This document shows positions 39,350 to 53,400 of a DNA stretch of 64,000 bases, in pieces. The notes beneath the pieces are model-generated. The model did not search any database. It was given only the letters and a program-made list of their open reading frames with translations, and was not told the origin of the DNA. The stretch is from Nageia nagi (Eukaryota; Plantae; Pinophyta), in the NCBI GenBank assembly GCA_050084985.1, contig JBITNC010000001.1:64914001-64978000 (forward strand). Reading direction: 5' to 3'. Position 1 is the first letter of the stretch. Each line of letters opens with the position of its first letter. The position numbers and the translations under genes are program-made.

Positions 39350-41070
39350 ACCATACACTCTCCCTTCATAAAAAATGATAATGTTTGAGATAATAATCTT
39401 TCTAGTTTTGAGATTTTGAAGCATATAGGCTTTTATATTCTCATAATAGTTAATAAAAATGCAAGTTTCACTCTTTGGGGTAAGCTTCTTCCTCTGTTCA
39501 TCAGCTACATGAGCATATGCCTTACATCCAAAAACTTTGAGATGGATTTACATTTGGATTCTTTTGATACCAAATTTCATAAGAAGTGATATTCACCAAG
39601 CTTATTATGGGATTTCCATTCTAAATATATACTATTATCCTAATAACATCAACCCAATACATGTTTGCCAACTTCTTTGTTTGTAACATGCTTCTATCCA
39701 TCTCCATATTGATCTAATTTTTCATTCTGCTACTCCATTTTGGTAGGGGTATAAGTAGCAATTAGTTGCCTTTTAATACCATGGTCCTTATAAAATTGAA
39801 AGAATTCATTAGAGCAAAATTCTCCACCAAAGTTAGTTCTCAAATATTTAATCTTGAAATCACATTGATTCTTTATAAAATTCTTGAAATCCTTAAAATA
39901 ATGGAATGCATCATCTTTATGCTTGTTAAATAAGATCCAACATATTTTTGAAAAAATCATCTATAAAGGTAAGAAAATAGGAGGTCTTACCCAAACTTTG
40001 AGTTTTTATTAGCCTCGAAAAGTTAGAATAAATAAGCTAAATTGGGTATGAGGCCCTCCATGCTTCCTCTTTAGGAACACTCTTCCTAGCATGCTTCCTA
40101 AGATCACACCCTTCATAAATAACTTTGGATTTCACTTTAGGAAAAACCACATACCATTTGATGATATGTCAACAATTTCATGCTTACAAAGTTTAAGTGA
40201 ATATATCTGAGATACCAAAACCAAAATTTGTTATCATTTGTCTCTCCATGTGCAACCATATTTGTAATTTTTTCCCTTTCACCTCCAAACTTCAAAGTAA
40301 ATAACATATTGTTTGTAATAGGAACAATAGTGAACAACCTATTTCCATGATTTATGTTATAAATGACACATTTTCCTTCATCAAAAACTAACTTATATTT
40401 TTACTCCATGATTTTACCTACACTAAATAAATTATGATTCATATTTGAGGTATAATAAATATCATGTACCTTCCTTTTGTCCTCATTGGTGGCCACTTCC
40501 ACTGTAGCTTTTACTGCAACCTTTAAGGATTTATCATCGCCAAGCCTAATCCTAGACTTATAGGACTAATCCAAGAAAGAGAATATTTTGCTCTTATTGG
40601 TCATGTGATTTGAGCATATCCCATATTGAAAAACCAAGTTTCTTGAATGTTCTTCTCAACTTTTTCATAAGACAAGAATAACATTTTTTTAGCAAGAGCC
40701 TCCTCCTCTCCATAGTTGGATGATCTTCCTTTAGTAATGGCCTTTAATTTGCACTCACTTTTAAAGTGACCAAACTTATTACAATGGTAACATTAAATAT
40801 TCCTTTTTTCTCCTTTCCTATGACCTTGACCTCAATAAAACCTCCATGACCATGACTTCTCTTCCTCTAAAAGAGTGCTAGCCTCTTTCTTGTCTATTCT
40901 CTCTATATCCATTAGAAGCATCAACATTGACACTAGGCCTAATGTAGGTGCTGTAAAATGCCTCCTCTTCATGGATATCAATTAAAATCTTCTTCACACT
41001 CTCCTCATATGATATGAGTGAGCTAATTATATTATCAATCTCAAGTATAGATGGATCTTTAGTCATCTTA
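39350..41070 (-). pseudogene. pol: Copia gag C-terminus, protease, GAG-pre-integrase and integrase remnants
   Basis: KIKYLRTNFGGEFCSNEF..GIKRQLIATYTP; WYLRYIHLNF; CCHC knuckle at about 40755-40795. Confidence 0.88.
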
Positions 41071-41794
41071 TGATCTATAATCATCAGATGCTTATAGCAT
41101 ACTCGGATCCTCACTTATAGATTTGAATGAAAATAGTTAACCATTATGAGATAAAATATTTGCATATAAAACATGAAATTATACAATGTAAATAATAAAT
41201 TAGCAATCTCAAAAAATACACACAACAAGATCAACACAATGACTTACCTTGGTTCACCCAATATGGGCTAATCCAACATGGAATTGGAGCCTTCTCTTCT
41301 CATTATCTATGGAAATTACAATATTACATGTATAGAGAAATACCATCAACACAATGATAATACAATCTCTTACAATTACTGTAATCTCCTATAGAAAGAA
41401 GAAAATACAATATTAGAACTATAGAACTCTAGAATGACTCTTGGAATTCCTTCAAATCCTACAATTCCAAAATCTAAAACTCTCAAAACTCCCATTGAGA
41501 ATTAAGAGAATGCATGCTCTTTAATAAGCCTTGAATCACCTTCTTAACATCAATTATGGAACATGGACTAGCTCCTCTTCCCAACACATTAATGTCCCTT
41601 TGAATCCTACTGCTAACTCATCAAATTGCATGTAGTTGATGGCCTAGATTTAGATTTTTTCACATTATTGGTAGCCTAAAATTGAATGATAATCAACTCC
41701 AGATTTCAATCTTTGGTCTATCTCTAAGCATAGATACCTCTGGACTAAGTACTACTCCCAAAAAAGATAACTTGACATGATCTAATTTGGTTCA
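41071..41794 (-). repeat. 3' LTR of the CRM-type element
   Basis: Collinear with 46510-47242; adjacent minus-strand purine tract ttaaggaggta. Confidence 0.92.
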
Positions 41795-43200
41795 TACCTC
41801 CTTAATAGGGAAGCATTTGGTACACAAATGTATAAATGAGGATACAACTCCCCAACTCTAGACTTGTCCATCCAATTGGATTTAGACTTGTTTCCTTTTA
41901 ATCCAACCAATGAGAACTCTATCTCATCTCTTCTTGTAGCATGAACCTTCTTTTGTAATATGGAATCCTCCTTGATTTCATCCATAGTATTACGAGATAA
42001 ATCCTCAATAGATGGTAAAATATGATCGAAACCTACTTCATATTTAGTCAACATAGATGGCTCATACAATTTCAAATGCTCAAAATTCACAACTAAATAG
42101 ATGTTCATATATTTTGGAAGGTCTAATCTAAAATTATTCTCACTTACTTTCTCCATAATCTCAAATGGTCCATACCTTATGGCTTTCAACTTCTTGGCTA
42201 GTCCTTGCAACCTCTCCTTACTAAGATGCAACCAAACATGGTCTCCCACATGAAACTTATGGTCAACTATATGTTTTTCATGTCTCATCTTGTACTTGGC
42301 TTGGCTTGTCTCAAGTTGCTTTTGGAGTTTCAAATGAATTTGCCTAATCTTTTCAACAAATTTTTCAGCTTGCTTTTCCTCTATCTCAAGTGAATTTTCT
42401 TCATGCCTTTGCTTCCCAAATACACAATCAAAAGGTGAAGGTCATAAATAACCAAAACAAGTATCAAAAGGACTCTTATTAATGGAAGAATGAATTGCTC
42501 TATTATATGCATGATGGATATATTCAAGATGTTCATCCAAAGACTTAGGATATTTTCCATAATAACCTCTCAAGATTTGAACTATTTTCCTATTCACCAC
42601 CTTAGTTTTTCCATCCATTTGAGGATGAAAGGTAGTACTCCTCTTCAACCTTATGTCAATCTTTTTCCACAAATATGTCCCAAACTTGCCCAAAAATCTA
42701 CTATCTCTATCTAAAATAATGGAATTAGGCAATCCAAAATGAATCCAAACATGAGAAAAGAATAAATTTGCAACATCTTATCTGGTTATAGTCTTTTTAC
42801 ATGGAATAAAAATACACATCTTGCTAAATCTATCCACAATAATAAATAATTAGTCATGACCCTTCTTATTCATAGGTAATCCTCCCACAAAGTCCATTGA
42901 GATACACTCCCATGGGTGTGAAGGTACTAGAAGTGGTTGATACAAACCCAATTTCCTATTACTTGGCTTGCTAGTGTAACATAAATAATACCCCCTTATG
43001 TACTTGGTAACTTTATCTTGCATCTTTGGCTAATATACATACCTTTGCAAATTGTACAATGTCTTTCCAACCCCAAAATGTCTTGCAATATTTGAAGTAT
43101 GTGCTTCTCTAATCAGTCCAATCCTTTCACTTATAGGTACACATAATGCATTAAAATGATAAAGAAGTCAATTTTGCAAATGAAATTCATCCAAACCCTC
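41782..43200 (-). pseudogene. pol: Integrase with C-terminal chromodomain-like tail
   Basis: PNSIILDRDSRFLGKF..RSTTFHPQMDGKTKVVNR; RYGPFEIM; ILQKKVHATRR..SLVGLKG..NWM..YPHL. Confidence 0.88.
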
Positions 43201-43399
43201 ATAGTTTGACCTATATGAAGATAATTGGTCATACACCTCTCCAAATTCAGTATCTTGCACATATGCCTATGAAAATGACTTAGATAGAAAATGAAGAAAT
43301 TTTAGCACTGAGAGGGAACTTACTAGACCCTATTTGCACACAATTGATGGCCCAAAAATAGTGTTGCACATTGTTGATGGCATGGATTCTATAGTTATA

Positions 43400-45290
43400 G
43401 GTGCATGTCAACAACTTTATTCTTTGTTCCTTTCTTATATTTGACCACTATATGAAATTGTTGCAGAAAACTCATCCATATATAGTGTCTAGTTTGTTGC
43501 AATCTTGATTGAGTTTGTAGATACTTTTATGGTTGATGATTAGTATGAATGATTATTTCTTTTCCCATTAAGTAATGTTTTCGATTTTCAATAGCTTGAA
43601 CCAATGCATGCATTTACTTATCATAAGTAGGATAATTCAAAATAGCCCCACTAAACTTTTCAAAATGATAGCAAATTGGTTTACCTTCTTGTAACAAAAT
43701 GGTTCCCATGGCATAGTCACTTGCATCAGTCTCCACTTCAAATGGCTTTTGCAAATTAGGAAGTGCTAGCATAGGTGCACTGATAATCTTCTACTTCAAA
43801 TTATCAAAAGATGTTTGTTATCATTTCTCCCATTGGAAAACTTGCCTCTTGCTAGTTACATCATGTAATGGTGAAGCAATATGAGAAACACCAACAATAA
43901 AATTTCTCAAATATTGGATAACACCTAAGAAACTCCTTAATTTAGTTACATTAGATGGCATTGGCCAATCTACTATAGCACTTACTTTAGTAGGATCTAT
44001 CTTAAGTTGTCCATGACTAATAACATGGCCCAAATACACTAAAGACTCTTTGCCAAACTCACATTTTGAATGTTTCAATAATAAATTTTTCTTATGTAAA
44101 GTTTGAAACACTTATCTAAGATGTACAACATATTCTTACCAAGTAGAACTATAAACAAGAATATCATCCAAGTATACAACAACAAAAGAATAATAAATGG
44201 ACAAAGCACATAATTGATTATCCTCATAAAAGTGGTTGGTGCATTGCATAAATGAATTGGAAAAATATGCCACTCAAATAGGCCTTGTTTTGTCTTGAAA
44301 GTAGTCTTCCAAATTTCCTCCTCCTTGATTCTAATTTGATGATATCCACTCCTCAAGTCCAATTTTGTGAAGAATCTTACCCCTTGCAACTGATCTAAAA
44401 GATCATCTATCTAAGACAAAGGATAGAGATTTTTGATGGTGATTTTGTTTAGTGCTATATAGTCAATGCACATTCTCCAAGTTTGATCTTTCTTGGAAAC
44501 CAAAACAATAGATGATCCACATAGAGATGTACTTGGTCTGATCACTCCTTGATTAACTAATTCTTGATTCTTCCTCCTTATCTCCTCTTGCTCTAAAATT
44601 GATTACCGATACAAGGCTATGTTGGGAAATGAAGCATTAGGTAACAACTAACTATTATTATGTATATACCAAATAAGAGGTATTCCCTATAGCTCTACAA
44701 ATAAGTTAATAAACTCCCTAAACAAATCTTGCATTTGTTCCTCTTTTGCAAGCCATTGACAACTTGAAATCAGTATTACATGTCATTGATAGTGCGAGAT
44801 TCACCTCACTCGAGGCTCCTATTTTCACCATGATTAGAACAAACTTTTTAAAAGCATTTACAAGATATTTTACTTGATTGGTAGTGACCAAAGGTAGCTT
44901 TTTCATTCTTTATGTGCACTAGCTAGAAATATCTTTCCATCTTTCACAAACTATAATTTAGTCAATCTTCTATAATAAATACCATCTCTATCCCACATGT
45001 AAGGGTTACTAAGAATAACATCACAAGTTTCTAAAGGAACTACATTAACCAAAACTTCATTAATGTACTTTGCAAAAATAGAAAATTTCAATTTACATTG
45101 CTTAGTGACTTGCAAACTAGCATTGCAATTTACCCAACCCAAAGGATATGGATTTGGATGGTTGAAAGTTTCCAATCCCAAATTACTTACCATAGTCTCT
45201 AAAATCAAATTTTCTCGAGAACTTGGATCAACAATGCAATCTACTTTGGTTTTCTTGATTTGGATTTTGAGGTGGAATAATTGAATCCTT
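43400..45290 (-). pseudogene. pol: CRM-type protease, RT and RNase H remnants
   Basis: LETFNHPNPYPLGWVN; [35 protein letters not shown]; KCEFGKESLVYLGHVI. Confidence 0.92.
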
Positions 45291-45339
45291 TTTTTTTCAA
45301 TTTCTTGAGGTTATTCAACCGTTTTAATGGATGAACAAT

Positions 45340-46400
45340 TCATTTTCTCATCAACATCTGAACTACCCTCAATACCATCACATCTAAGAACCATAGCATT
45401 AGTTTTCTCCTTATTATTATGCTTATATGGATGTAACTTTGGATGTAATTTCCAACATTTATCATCAACATGACCATATTTATCATAATGACTACAATAT
45501 CTACCATCACCTTCTTTCTTAGAACTATTAGTGGTCTTAGTTTCTTGCTTACCTTTACCTTTATCTTGAGATGTACCTTTCTCTTGTCCTCCCCTTGAAT
45601 TAGAAGCCTTATTGGATTCATCATATTATCTCCTTGGTTTACCATCCTCTTCTAAGTATTGCACTTAAACACACACTTGATCAAGATTAGTAGGATTAAA
45701 CAACGTGATAGTATTTTGCAAATGATTATGTAAACCTCCAATGTACTTCATTAAAGTTTGAGGATCTTTTAGTGAAAACCTAAGCAAAATAGCTTGTTTC
45801 TTGAACTTTGTAGTGTATTCTTGAATATTTTTCCCTCTTTGTTGTCTAAAGAATTGCCATTTCATCAATGATTTATTATGATATCCTAATGGATAGAATT
45901 GATCACTTAACAAATCCTTAAATTCATTCCAAGAAGATATTTTAGACAAGTGTTCATGATTAATAGTTTCTACATAGCTTTCCCACCAAACTAAAGCATG
46001 TCCTCTCATCTTTAATCTAGCAAGAGAGATTTTATCAACATCATTTACAACATCATGAATTTGAAAATAAACCTCCAATTATTTCAATGAAATGTTCACC
46101 TTTTCCCCATCAACGTCTCCTCCAAAAGTAGGAATGTTTACTTTAGCCTTCACTTTAAATGTAACTCTATTTGATGAATATGATGAATTAGGTCTTCCAA
46201 CTACATCATGATATCTTTGATTGACATTTGCATTTGCTCTAGCTACCAACAACTCAACCAACCATCCAAATGATTCTCTATTTCTAAAAACCTTCTTTCA
46301 AAATTAGCATCCTTGATGGTATGTACAAGTGACTATTACTTCTCTACATTATCCATTACAGTCTCTCTACCTCTTCAACCAATATTGGGATCCTATGGAA
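45340..46400 (-). pseudogene. gag: CRM-type gag remnant
   Basis: VNIPTFGGDVDGEK; LARLKMRGHALVWWESY..SSWNEFKDLLSDQFYP..RQQRGKNIQEYTTKF. Confidence 0.9.
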
Positions 46401-46495
46401 TCAACTCGAGTCTTTGAGATCTCCCAAACATTAAATTTCACATCACTAGCTATGTGGAATTTCTAAACTTCCAACCCCAAATTTTGGTAGCATAA

Positions 46496-46507
46496 TCTCT
46501 GATACCA
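46496..46507 (-). promoter_or_regulatory. PBS, tRNA-iMet
   Basis: Plus strand tctctgatacca next to the LTR start at 46510. Confidence 0.88.
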
Positions 46508-46509
46508 CA

Positions 46510-47242
46510 TGATCTATAATCACTAGATGCTTATAGCATACTCAGATTCTCACTTATAGATTCAAATGAAAATATTTAACCATTATGAGATCATATATTT
46601 GCATATAAAATATGAAATTGCACAATGTAAATAAAAAACTATCAATCTCAAAAAACACACAATAAGATCAACATAATGATTTATGCTAGTTCACCCAATG
46701 TGGGATAATCCAACATGGAATTAGAACCTTCTCTTCTCATTGTCTATGGACATTACAATATTACATGTATAGAGAAATACCATCAACATAATGGTAATAC
46801 AATCTCTTACAATTATTGCAATCTCCTATAGTAAGAAGGAAATACAATCTTAGAACTATAGAACTCTAGAATGACTCTTGGACTTCCTTCAAATCCTACA
46901 ATCCTAAAATCTAAAACTCTTAAAACTCCTATTGAGAATTAAGAGGGTGGCATGCTCTTTAATAAGCCTCAAATCACCTTAGAAATGCCTTCTTAACATC
47001 AGTTATGGAAGTTGAAATAGTTCCTTTGCCCAACACATCAATGTCCCTTTGACTCCTATTGCTGACTCATCAAATTGCATGTAGCTGGCTACTTAGATTC
47101 AAAATTTTGCATGTTGCTGGCAGCCTAAACTTGAATGTTGATCAACTCTAGATTTTGATCTTTGATCTATCTCCAAGCATAGATACCTTTGGACTAAGTA
47201 CTACTCTTGAAAAGAAAACCTGACATGATCTAATTCATATCA
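46510..47242 (-). repeat. 5' LTR of the CRM-type element
   Basis: Collinear with 41071-41794. Confidence 0.92.
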
Positions 47243-47690
47243 TCTTAACGATGATAGCAATATGATTTCACTTCTTGTTAAGTATTATTAAGATTTTCTT
47301 GATTATAAAAATCTTATTTAGCTGCTCTATAAGAGTTTTCATCTTATTGATAATGACCTTTACTCTAACATAGTAATCTCTAGCTCCTTCATTCTCCTAC
47401 ATCATATAGTTCTTAAAATCCCTTCTCAAAGTTTACAACTTGACCTCTTTCCCTTGGTTACTCCCTTAGTAACCTTCTTGCAAAGATTTCTAAGGTTTTC
47501 TAGTTATCTTATATCCTATAATTCTTAGGAAAATGTTCTTATTAAGAGATGATTAAGGACGATAGAGGATCAAGCATTTTTTTCTTCTATGAATCCTTGA
47601 TTTTCTTTCTTGCATCATCAATAAGAAGACTACAATCTATTGGTTCCATATATCCCATCATTGAATCTAACAAGCTAAGTTTAGAAGGTT
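47243..47690 (-). pseudogene. gag: Copia gag N-terminal part
   Basis: VKL*TLRRDFKNYMM*ENEGARDYYVRV..KKIL; reads across the TSD as HIAIIVKMTKDPSILEIDNIISSLISYEE. Confidence 0.82.
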
Positions 47691-48350
47691 GTTGATTTTA
47701 ATGAAGAGAGAAAGTGGAACAAGAATAAATTGATGTATTTTTCTATGAAGGTAAGCATTTTATCAATGATAACACAAGTTTCCTATAAGAAAAATTGCCT
47801 AAGCCTTGGGTTTACATGGCACATTGGGCCATCTAATAACTTACCTTGGATGGGAAATTCACTTACATCTTTGGACCACATATTATGCTTCTCAACCATT
47901 TTTTTCCTTTGAGATGAATGGAAGATCAATTTCCCATTCTTCATAGCAGACTCTTTAAGCGTGTCAATTAAAAATTTTAACAAGGGTAAGGCTATGGATC
48001 CAAAGGATCAAGGGTTAATTAGTATCATATATAAATCTTCTAGCAATTCATTGGTCCTTCCTTTCAATAGTATTAAGAGAAATCACTTAAGAAAATTCAA
48101 GAGGAGGAAGTTTGTTTTTGAAAAGAGCAATCCCTTGGTGGGAACAAAGCCAAGAGGGAGAAAAACAAATCCCTTAGAAAAAAGCAAGGGGAAATCCATA
48201 TAGGAAAGAATGATGTGGAGACACATCCAAAGGCAAAATATCGAGCCCACTTAATGCCCCAACCTAAAGAAAATACTATGATGGTGAGAAATAAATGAAA
48301 TAGTAAGAGTAAGAGGGTAATATGCGAACCTACCCTCTTGAATAAGAAGA
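47690..48350 (-). pseudogene. Possible LINE ORF1 (DUF4283-like) fragment
   Basis: Minus strand ELLEDLYMILINPWSFGS..PIQGKLLDGPM..IIDK weakly resembles the plant L1 ORF1 GPW..PVWVxL pattern. Confidence 0.4.
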
Positions 48351-49242
48351 TTAATAAGGAATATGCGAAGGCTAGGAAGGAAAGATATGATATTTATCAT
48401 TCCAAAAGGCCATTGTACATTGCATTTAAAATCATTTTTGAATAATATCCTTACCCAAACATATAATCTAATTGAGTCAAAATCAAACTATGAAACCATT
48501 TCCTTGCCTCATCAATCAAAATCAAGGGAAAATCTTTATCCTTAAAATTGTAATTGATTTTCCACCTTAATTATATGAAATATTCAAATTCCTGAATATG
48601 GGAATAATGATTCCCATCACCATTAAACTTTATTGATTGGTGATTATTTTGGATCTCTATAAGAATAATATTCCTGATGTCATTACTTAATGAATTACTT
48701 TTTGCTTTATTGTAATACAAACCACATTTCATCACAACTTGGCTCAAATTATTTATGTAATAAATTACATTCTCAAGTATATATATATAAACATAGATTT
48801 CTATAATGAAATCCATTTGAGGTGTTAGCTCAAGAACATCAACAATGTTCTTATAATGAGTGTTAGTATTGACCTCTTCCCTAAATACATCTAGTTTTTT
48901 CTCTAATCATTTTCTTAAAAATTCTAAAAATTTCAACCATTTGTGTCATTCTTGAAATCAAATATTAAATTCTTCAATAATCATATCATTTTTGGTTTAC
49001 AAAAATACCCTAAAACTTGAAGGAATGTGTAAAGAACATTAAGTTCATCAATATGTTGTAGATACTAAACATTATATGGATAAATATTATATAATTAAGA
49101 TAATATCAATCATGTAATAAAGAAATTAAAAAACTAAAATAAGATATGTTATGTAAACCACTTTTTAGAGATTGTATTAGAGATAGCTTAATCAATATAA
49201 GAACAAATAATGTTGGAACCAGTAATATAATTTCAATGGAAA

Positions 49243-50414
49243 ATGAACTATGAAATATTATGTATGTTTATTGACATTGCAAATAACCTCCCTCCATTCA
49301 TTACTCTTGTTTTGGACCTATGCATGTGGACTCAATTATTTGAATATGAGAATAGACCCTTAGTCTTTTCAAATTATGGTAAAAAAGGGCATCTAGCTAA
49401 AACTTATGAGTTAAAGAAGAAAGAAAAGGCTCTATTAATAGAAGCATTAAGCAAAGTATTAGATCCTAAATTCCTTGTACCCAAAGGAGAAACTCAATGG
49501 AAAGAGAATGGATAATGATAAATTTGGTAAAGCATACTAAAGTAGGCTTGAAAAGGAGGTCTTTCTAAAGTACATGATTTCCCTCCACTCTTAAAAGAAA
49601 GTGATTATTTGGTGTAATGCCTACAAGAGGATATGGAGGTAACCAATATTATTCAACTTCACTAACCCCATGATCATGATAGGGATCCAGTACAAGAATA
49701 AAATAATATTTAAGAGCAAGAAGATGAGCTAAAGGAAAATGAGTTTGTTGATCATCAAATGTAATATAATGATTGAGGAGACTTGTAAATGGATTTGAGA
49801 TACTTTAAAATTAAGAGAAAGACCTCCTTACAGAATAAGAAAAGGATTTGGAGCTAAGGTTTAAAAATAACATGGTATTTAAGCATAGAGAAGGATTAAG
49901 ATATGGATAAAAATCTATCACAATGTCAAGAAAATTATACGTTAATATGCTTGCAACTACAAGATCACATTGTGGATTATGTGATACTTAATAAGGTTTT
50001 CATATTTATCCCCAAACATTTTTGTATTCATGAAAGCAATTATGTTTCCTACTTAACATCAAGATATGTCTCTATGGAAGAAAACCCTAATTTAGAATTC
50101 TAAGAAAAGGATACTATTCCTTATACCTAATGGGATATTCCTATTAAATAAGGGAAAATAAAACAATAACTTTGTATGGAAAATCTCCCTTGGAATGATG
50201 AAATCCTTCAATGCAAACTAGAAACCAATTTAAAATAGGAATGGATGTTGGACAAGATAGAATGGGTTGCCCTTCCAACAATGAGAAAATATTGAGAGAA
50301 AATGTAGAGGCTATTTATAGTGGGAATCAAATGGTTTCAGAACTTAATAGAGGAATGAACTTCATGAAAGGAAAGATTAGAAAAAAACCATCCTTGATTC
50401 AAATCACTCCATGA
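49243..50414 (+). pseudogene. LINE ORF1 remnant
   Basis: CMFIDIANNLPPFITL..WTQLFEYENRPLVFSNYGKKGHLAKTY is a decayed CVEIDL..LP..YE..P..CxxCxxxGHxxxxC. Confidence 0.75.
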
Positions 50415-50452
50415 ATGGGAGTAAAGAGGAATAAAATAACCAAAGGTAGAAT

Positions 50453-53400
50453 ATGTTGATTGTCTCTTGGAATATTAGAGGCCTTGATTTCTATAATAGA
50501 ATAATATTATCGTAACCACATGTTATTTTACTTAAAGAGATACAAGGAGAAGAACAAAACCTAGCTAAAATAAAAGGAGTAGTTTGGAAAGATTTTGAAG
50601 TTTGTACTAGTTTCTCCCATGGCCAATTATGATGAATAGTCTATTTTTGGGATCCTAATAAAGTAGAAGGATATGTTCTATATTATTTGAATATATATTA
50701 CAAGATATTTTTTCTTTGTAGAGAAAATCATTTCCAATGGGTAATAATAAATGTTATGCCCCTAACTCTACTACTAAAAGAGAAGGATGAGGTGATGGAA
50801 ATCTTTAGGAAATTACCTTAAATGATTGCATGAGGCTTTAATTACCCCTTTTATCATTTTGATATGTTTGTTAGAATCTCGAATAAGATGAGTAGAATGA
50901 CAAATTTTGATAATTTTATAAGTAAGAATGAGCTCATGGATGTTAATTTAAAGGGAAGTAGATACAAGTTTGGAATAATAGAAGGCTTAAAAATCATCAA
51001 ATTTAGGTTTGAATAGATATATTTATCCTTTTAGTAGAGGATTTAGTATAGTTTATATATGATCATTATTTAACTATACTATACAAAATAGGTTAAAATC
51101 ATAATACCATCTTGTTTGACTCTGAGCAATTTTAATATTTTTTATAAGAGTTTTTAAATTTGAATGTATGTGGCTTCAACATGAGAATATTAAATAAAAA
51201 TAGCATAGTAATGGGTAAAATAATTCTTTTGGTATAATACCTTTCAAGTTACTATTAATCTTCGATTGATTGATTAGATCTAATCTGTATATTTGGAACA
51301 TACATTTTTTGGTAATGTGTTCTAAAAAAATGAATACTTAAAGGTCAAAATTCACAACATGAAAGGAAAATGGAGGTTGGAGGGATAATTAGAGAGATTT
51401 ATGATAAAGAAATATTTCTTTTAATCGATATCATAATACTCTTATCATGGAGGATTCCATTTGGAGATAAAAATATAAAGCTTTATGGTTACACAAAGGT
51501 ATTTATAACATGACATTTTTTCACATATTAAACTAAAAACACAAAACCCATAGTCAAATTAAATAAATTCTAAAGGATAACTCTAGTACTAAGGACATAA
51601 GGGAAATTAAACATGAGGTAGTTACTTTCAAAATATAGTTGGAATGTTCCAAAGGGAGTTGAAGATAATGGAGACTTAATGCTAAAAAATATTCTATTCC
51701 TTTTTTATATTTAATCCTTGAAGTATCAAATGTAATAAAAGAAAATATCTAATAGAATAAAGGTGACACTTCTATATTATTGACTAAAGTTCAGAAGGTT
51801 TATTGGTAAATAAATAATTAATGATATTATTAACATTTATAGGATTATTCACTTTACAATCATTACTGGTAAAACTATTCTTATCTTAAAGTGTAATGTA
51901 AGTAAGGCATATAAAATAGTTTCATGGTCCTTTTTACTAAAAATCATGGAAAACATTATCTTCCATGAAGATTCATTGCAATTATTTCAAAAGCGTATTT
52001 CAACTACAATGTTCATGGTTTTAGAAAATGGTTATCATACTAACTATTTGAGGATTTCTCATGGCTTGAGGAAAGGAGGCCTCTTGTATCCCTTACTTTT
52101 TATTATTTTGGTAGAGGATTTAGTGAGAATACTTAAGAAAACCATAATAAGAGGAGCTTTGGATGGAATCATACTAGCTTTAACCATAGATCCTATCTCA
52201 CATCAATAGTTTATGAATGATACTATTATCATTACTAAATCTTGAGTTCAACAAGAAAAAATATGAAGAAATTCTAAATATTTAATATATATATATATAT
52301 TTATATATATATTAAATACTTTTCCTTGATTAAGGGGGAGAATTAGTAGAATATTTACTTAAGATATAACATAAATCCATATAATATACCTTGGCATACC
52401 ACTCTTCAAAAGATTCATTATAGGAATAATGTGTTCACTAATCATTGAATGCCTCTAGAAACAATTTGCATATTAAAAAGGAGAAATTTTGAGTCATATA
52501 GGGAAATATTGGTTAGCTAAATCCACTCTTCAAATTACCTTAGTTTACTTTATATCACCCTTAAAATTTTCTTTTTCTACTTGTTAAAAGATTGAACATA
52601 TTCAAAGGAAATATTTTTGGTTAGGATCAAAGGTGAAACAAAGCTTCCCTTCAACTTCCTAGGATTGGGTTTGTTCAAGAAAATATTTTGAAGGTCCAAG
52701 ATTTCAAATACTTAAAATTGTGATGAAATAGGATTATATCATTAAGGTGAAGTATTTAAACCACGGTGAATCTTTAATGAAGAGAATAACCTTAGTAGGG
52801 AGCTATTTTTTTAGGAAGTAATTCTTATTGTTAAAAATTTATTTGTTAAAGCATTTAGTTTTTGTATGGGCCTCAAGATAAGGTTTTAGAAAGATTGTTG
52901 ATTAAAGGATTCTCCCATGTTCAATATGTTTGAGGTATCTTAAATATAGAGGTTTATTATAAATCTTTTAGGGTAGAGAGTGGAGAATTTCCTAGAATAT
53001 AGAAATTATAGGAAAGTATGAAAAAGCTATCCTTTAGAAATATCTCTAAATAAGTTCAATCCTTAAAGGACCTAAAAAATCTCTTACGAATATACCTCTT
53101 ACTATGCAAACAAGAAGATGATATTATATTTTATAAAGGAGAGAATCCTAACTTATTCTATGTTAAATTAGCCTATAGATTTATTGAAGAGTAAGGTATA
53201 CTTTGGTTACTAGTCTCTCAATTTTGGTTCAAAATTATTATTCCTAAGATAAACTTATTCTTTGGGCTTGTCTTGATCAACAACATTCTCATAATTGATA
53301 ATGTATATAAGAGAGGGATAGTAATTACAAATAGATGAAATCATATAATACCTTTTTTTGGAATGTTCTTTCTCTTAAAAGGTATTCTCTTTCCTCTTAT

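Larger units (their letters stand above)
41071..47242 (-). mobile_element. Complete degenerate CRM-type chromovirus (Ty3/gypsy)
   Basis: LTRs 41071-41794 and 46510-47242 (TGAT..TCA); perfect TSD TCTTA (41066-41070 / 47243-47247); iMet PBS 46496-46507; gag, PR, RT, RH, INT and chromodomain-like tail on the minus strand. Confidence 0.93.
36972..47690 (-). mobile_element. Degenerate Ty1/copia element, 5'-truncated and interrupted by a gypsy insertion; ends approximate
   Basis: Minus-strand order gag - zinc knuckle (CYHCNKFGHFKSEC) - PR - INT - RT - RH; PPT aaaggagaagaa next to the presumed LTR edge at about 37445; no partner LTR found. Confidence 0.85.

Noticed and set aside
48571-48816. KFNGDGNHYSHIQEFE gag-like motif
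   Set aside because: Only one short motif; too decayed to call.
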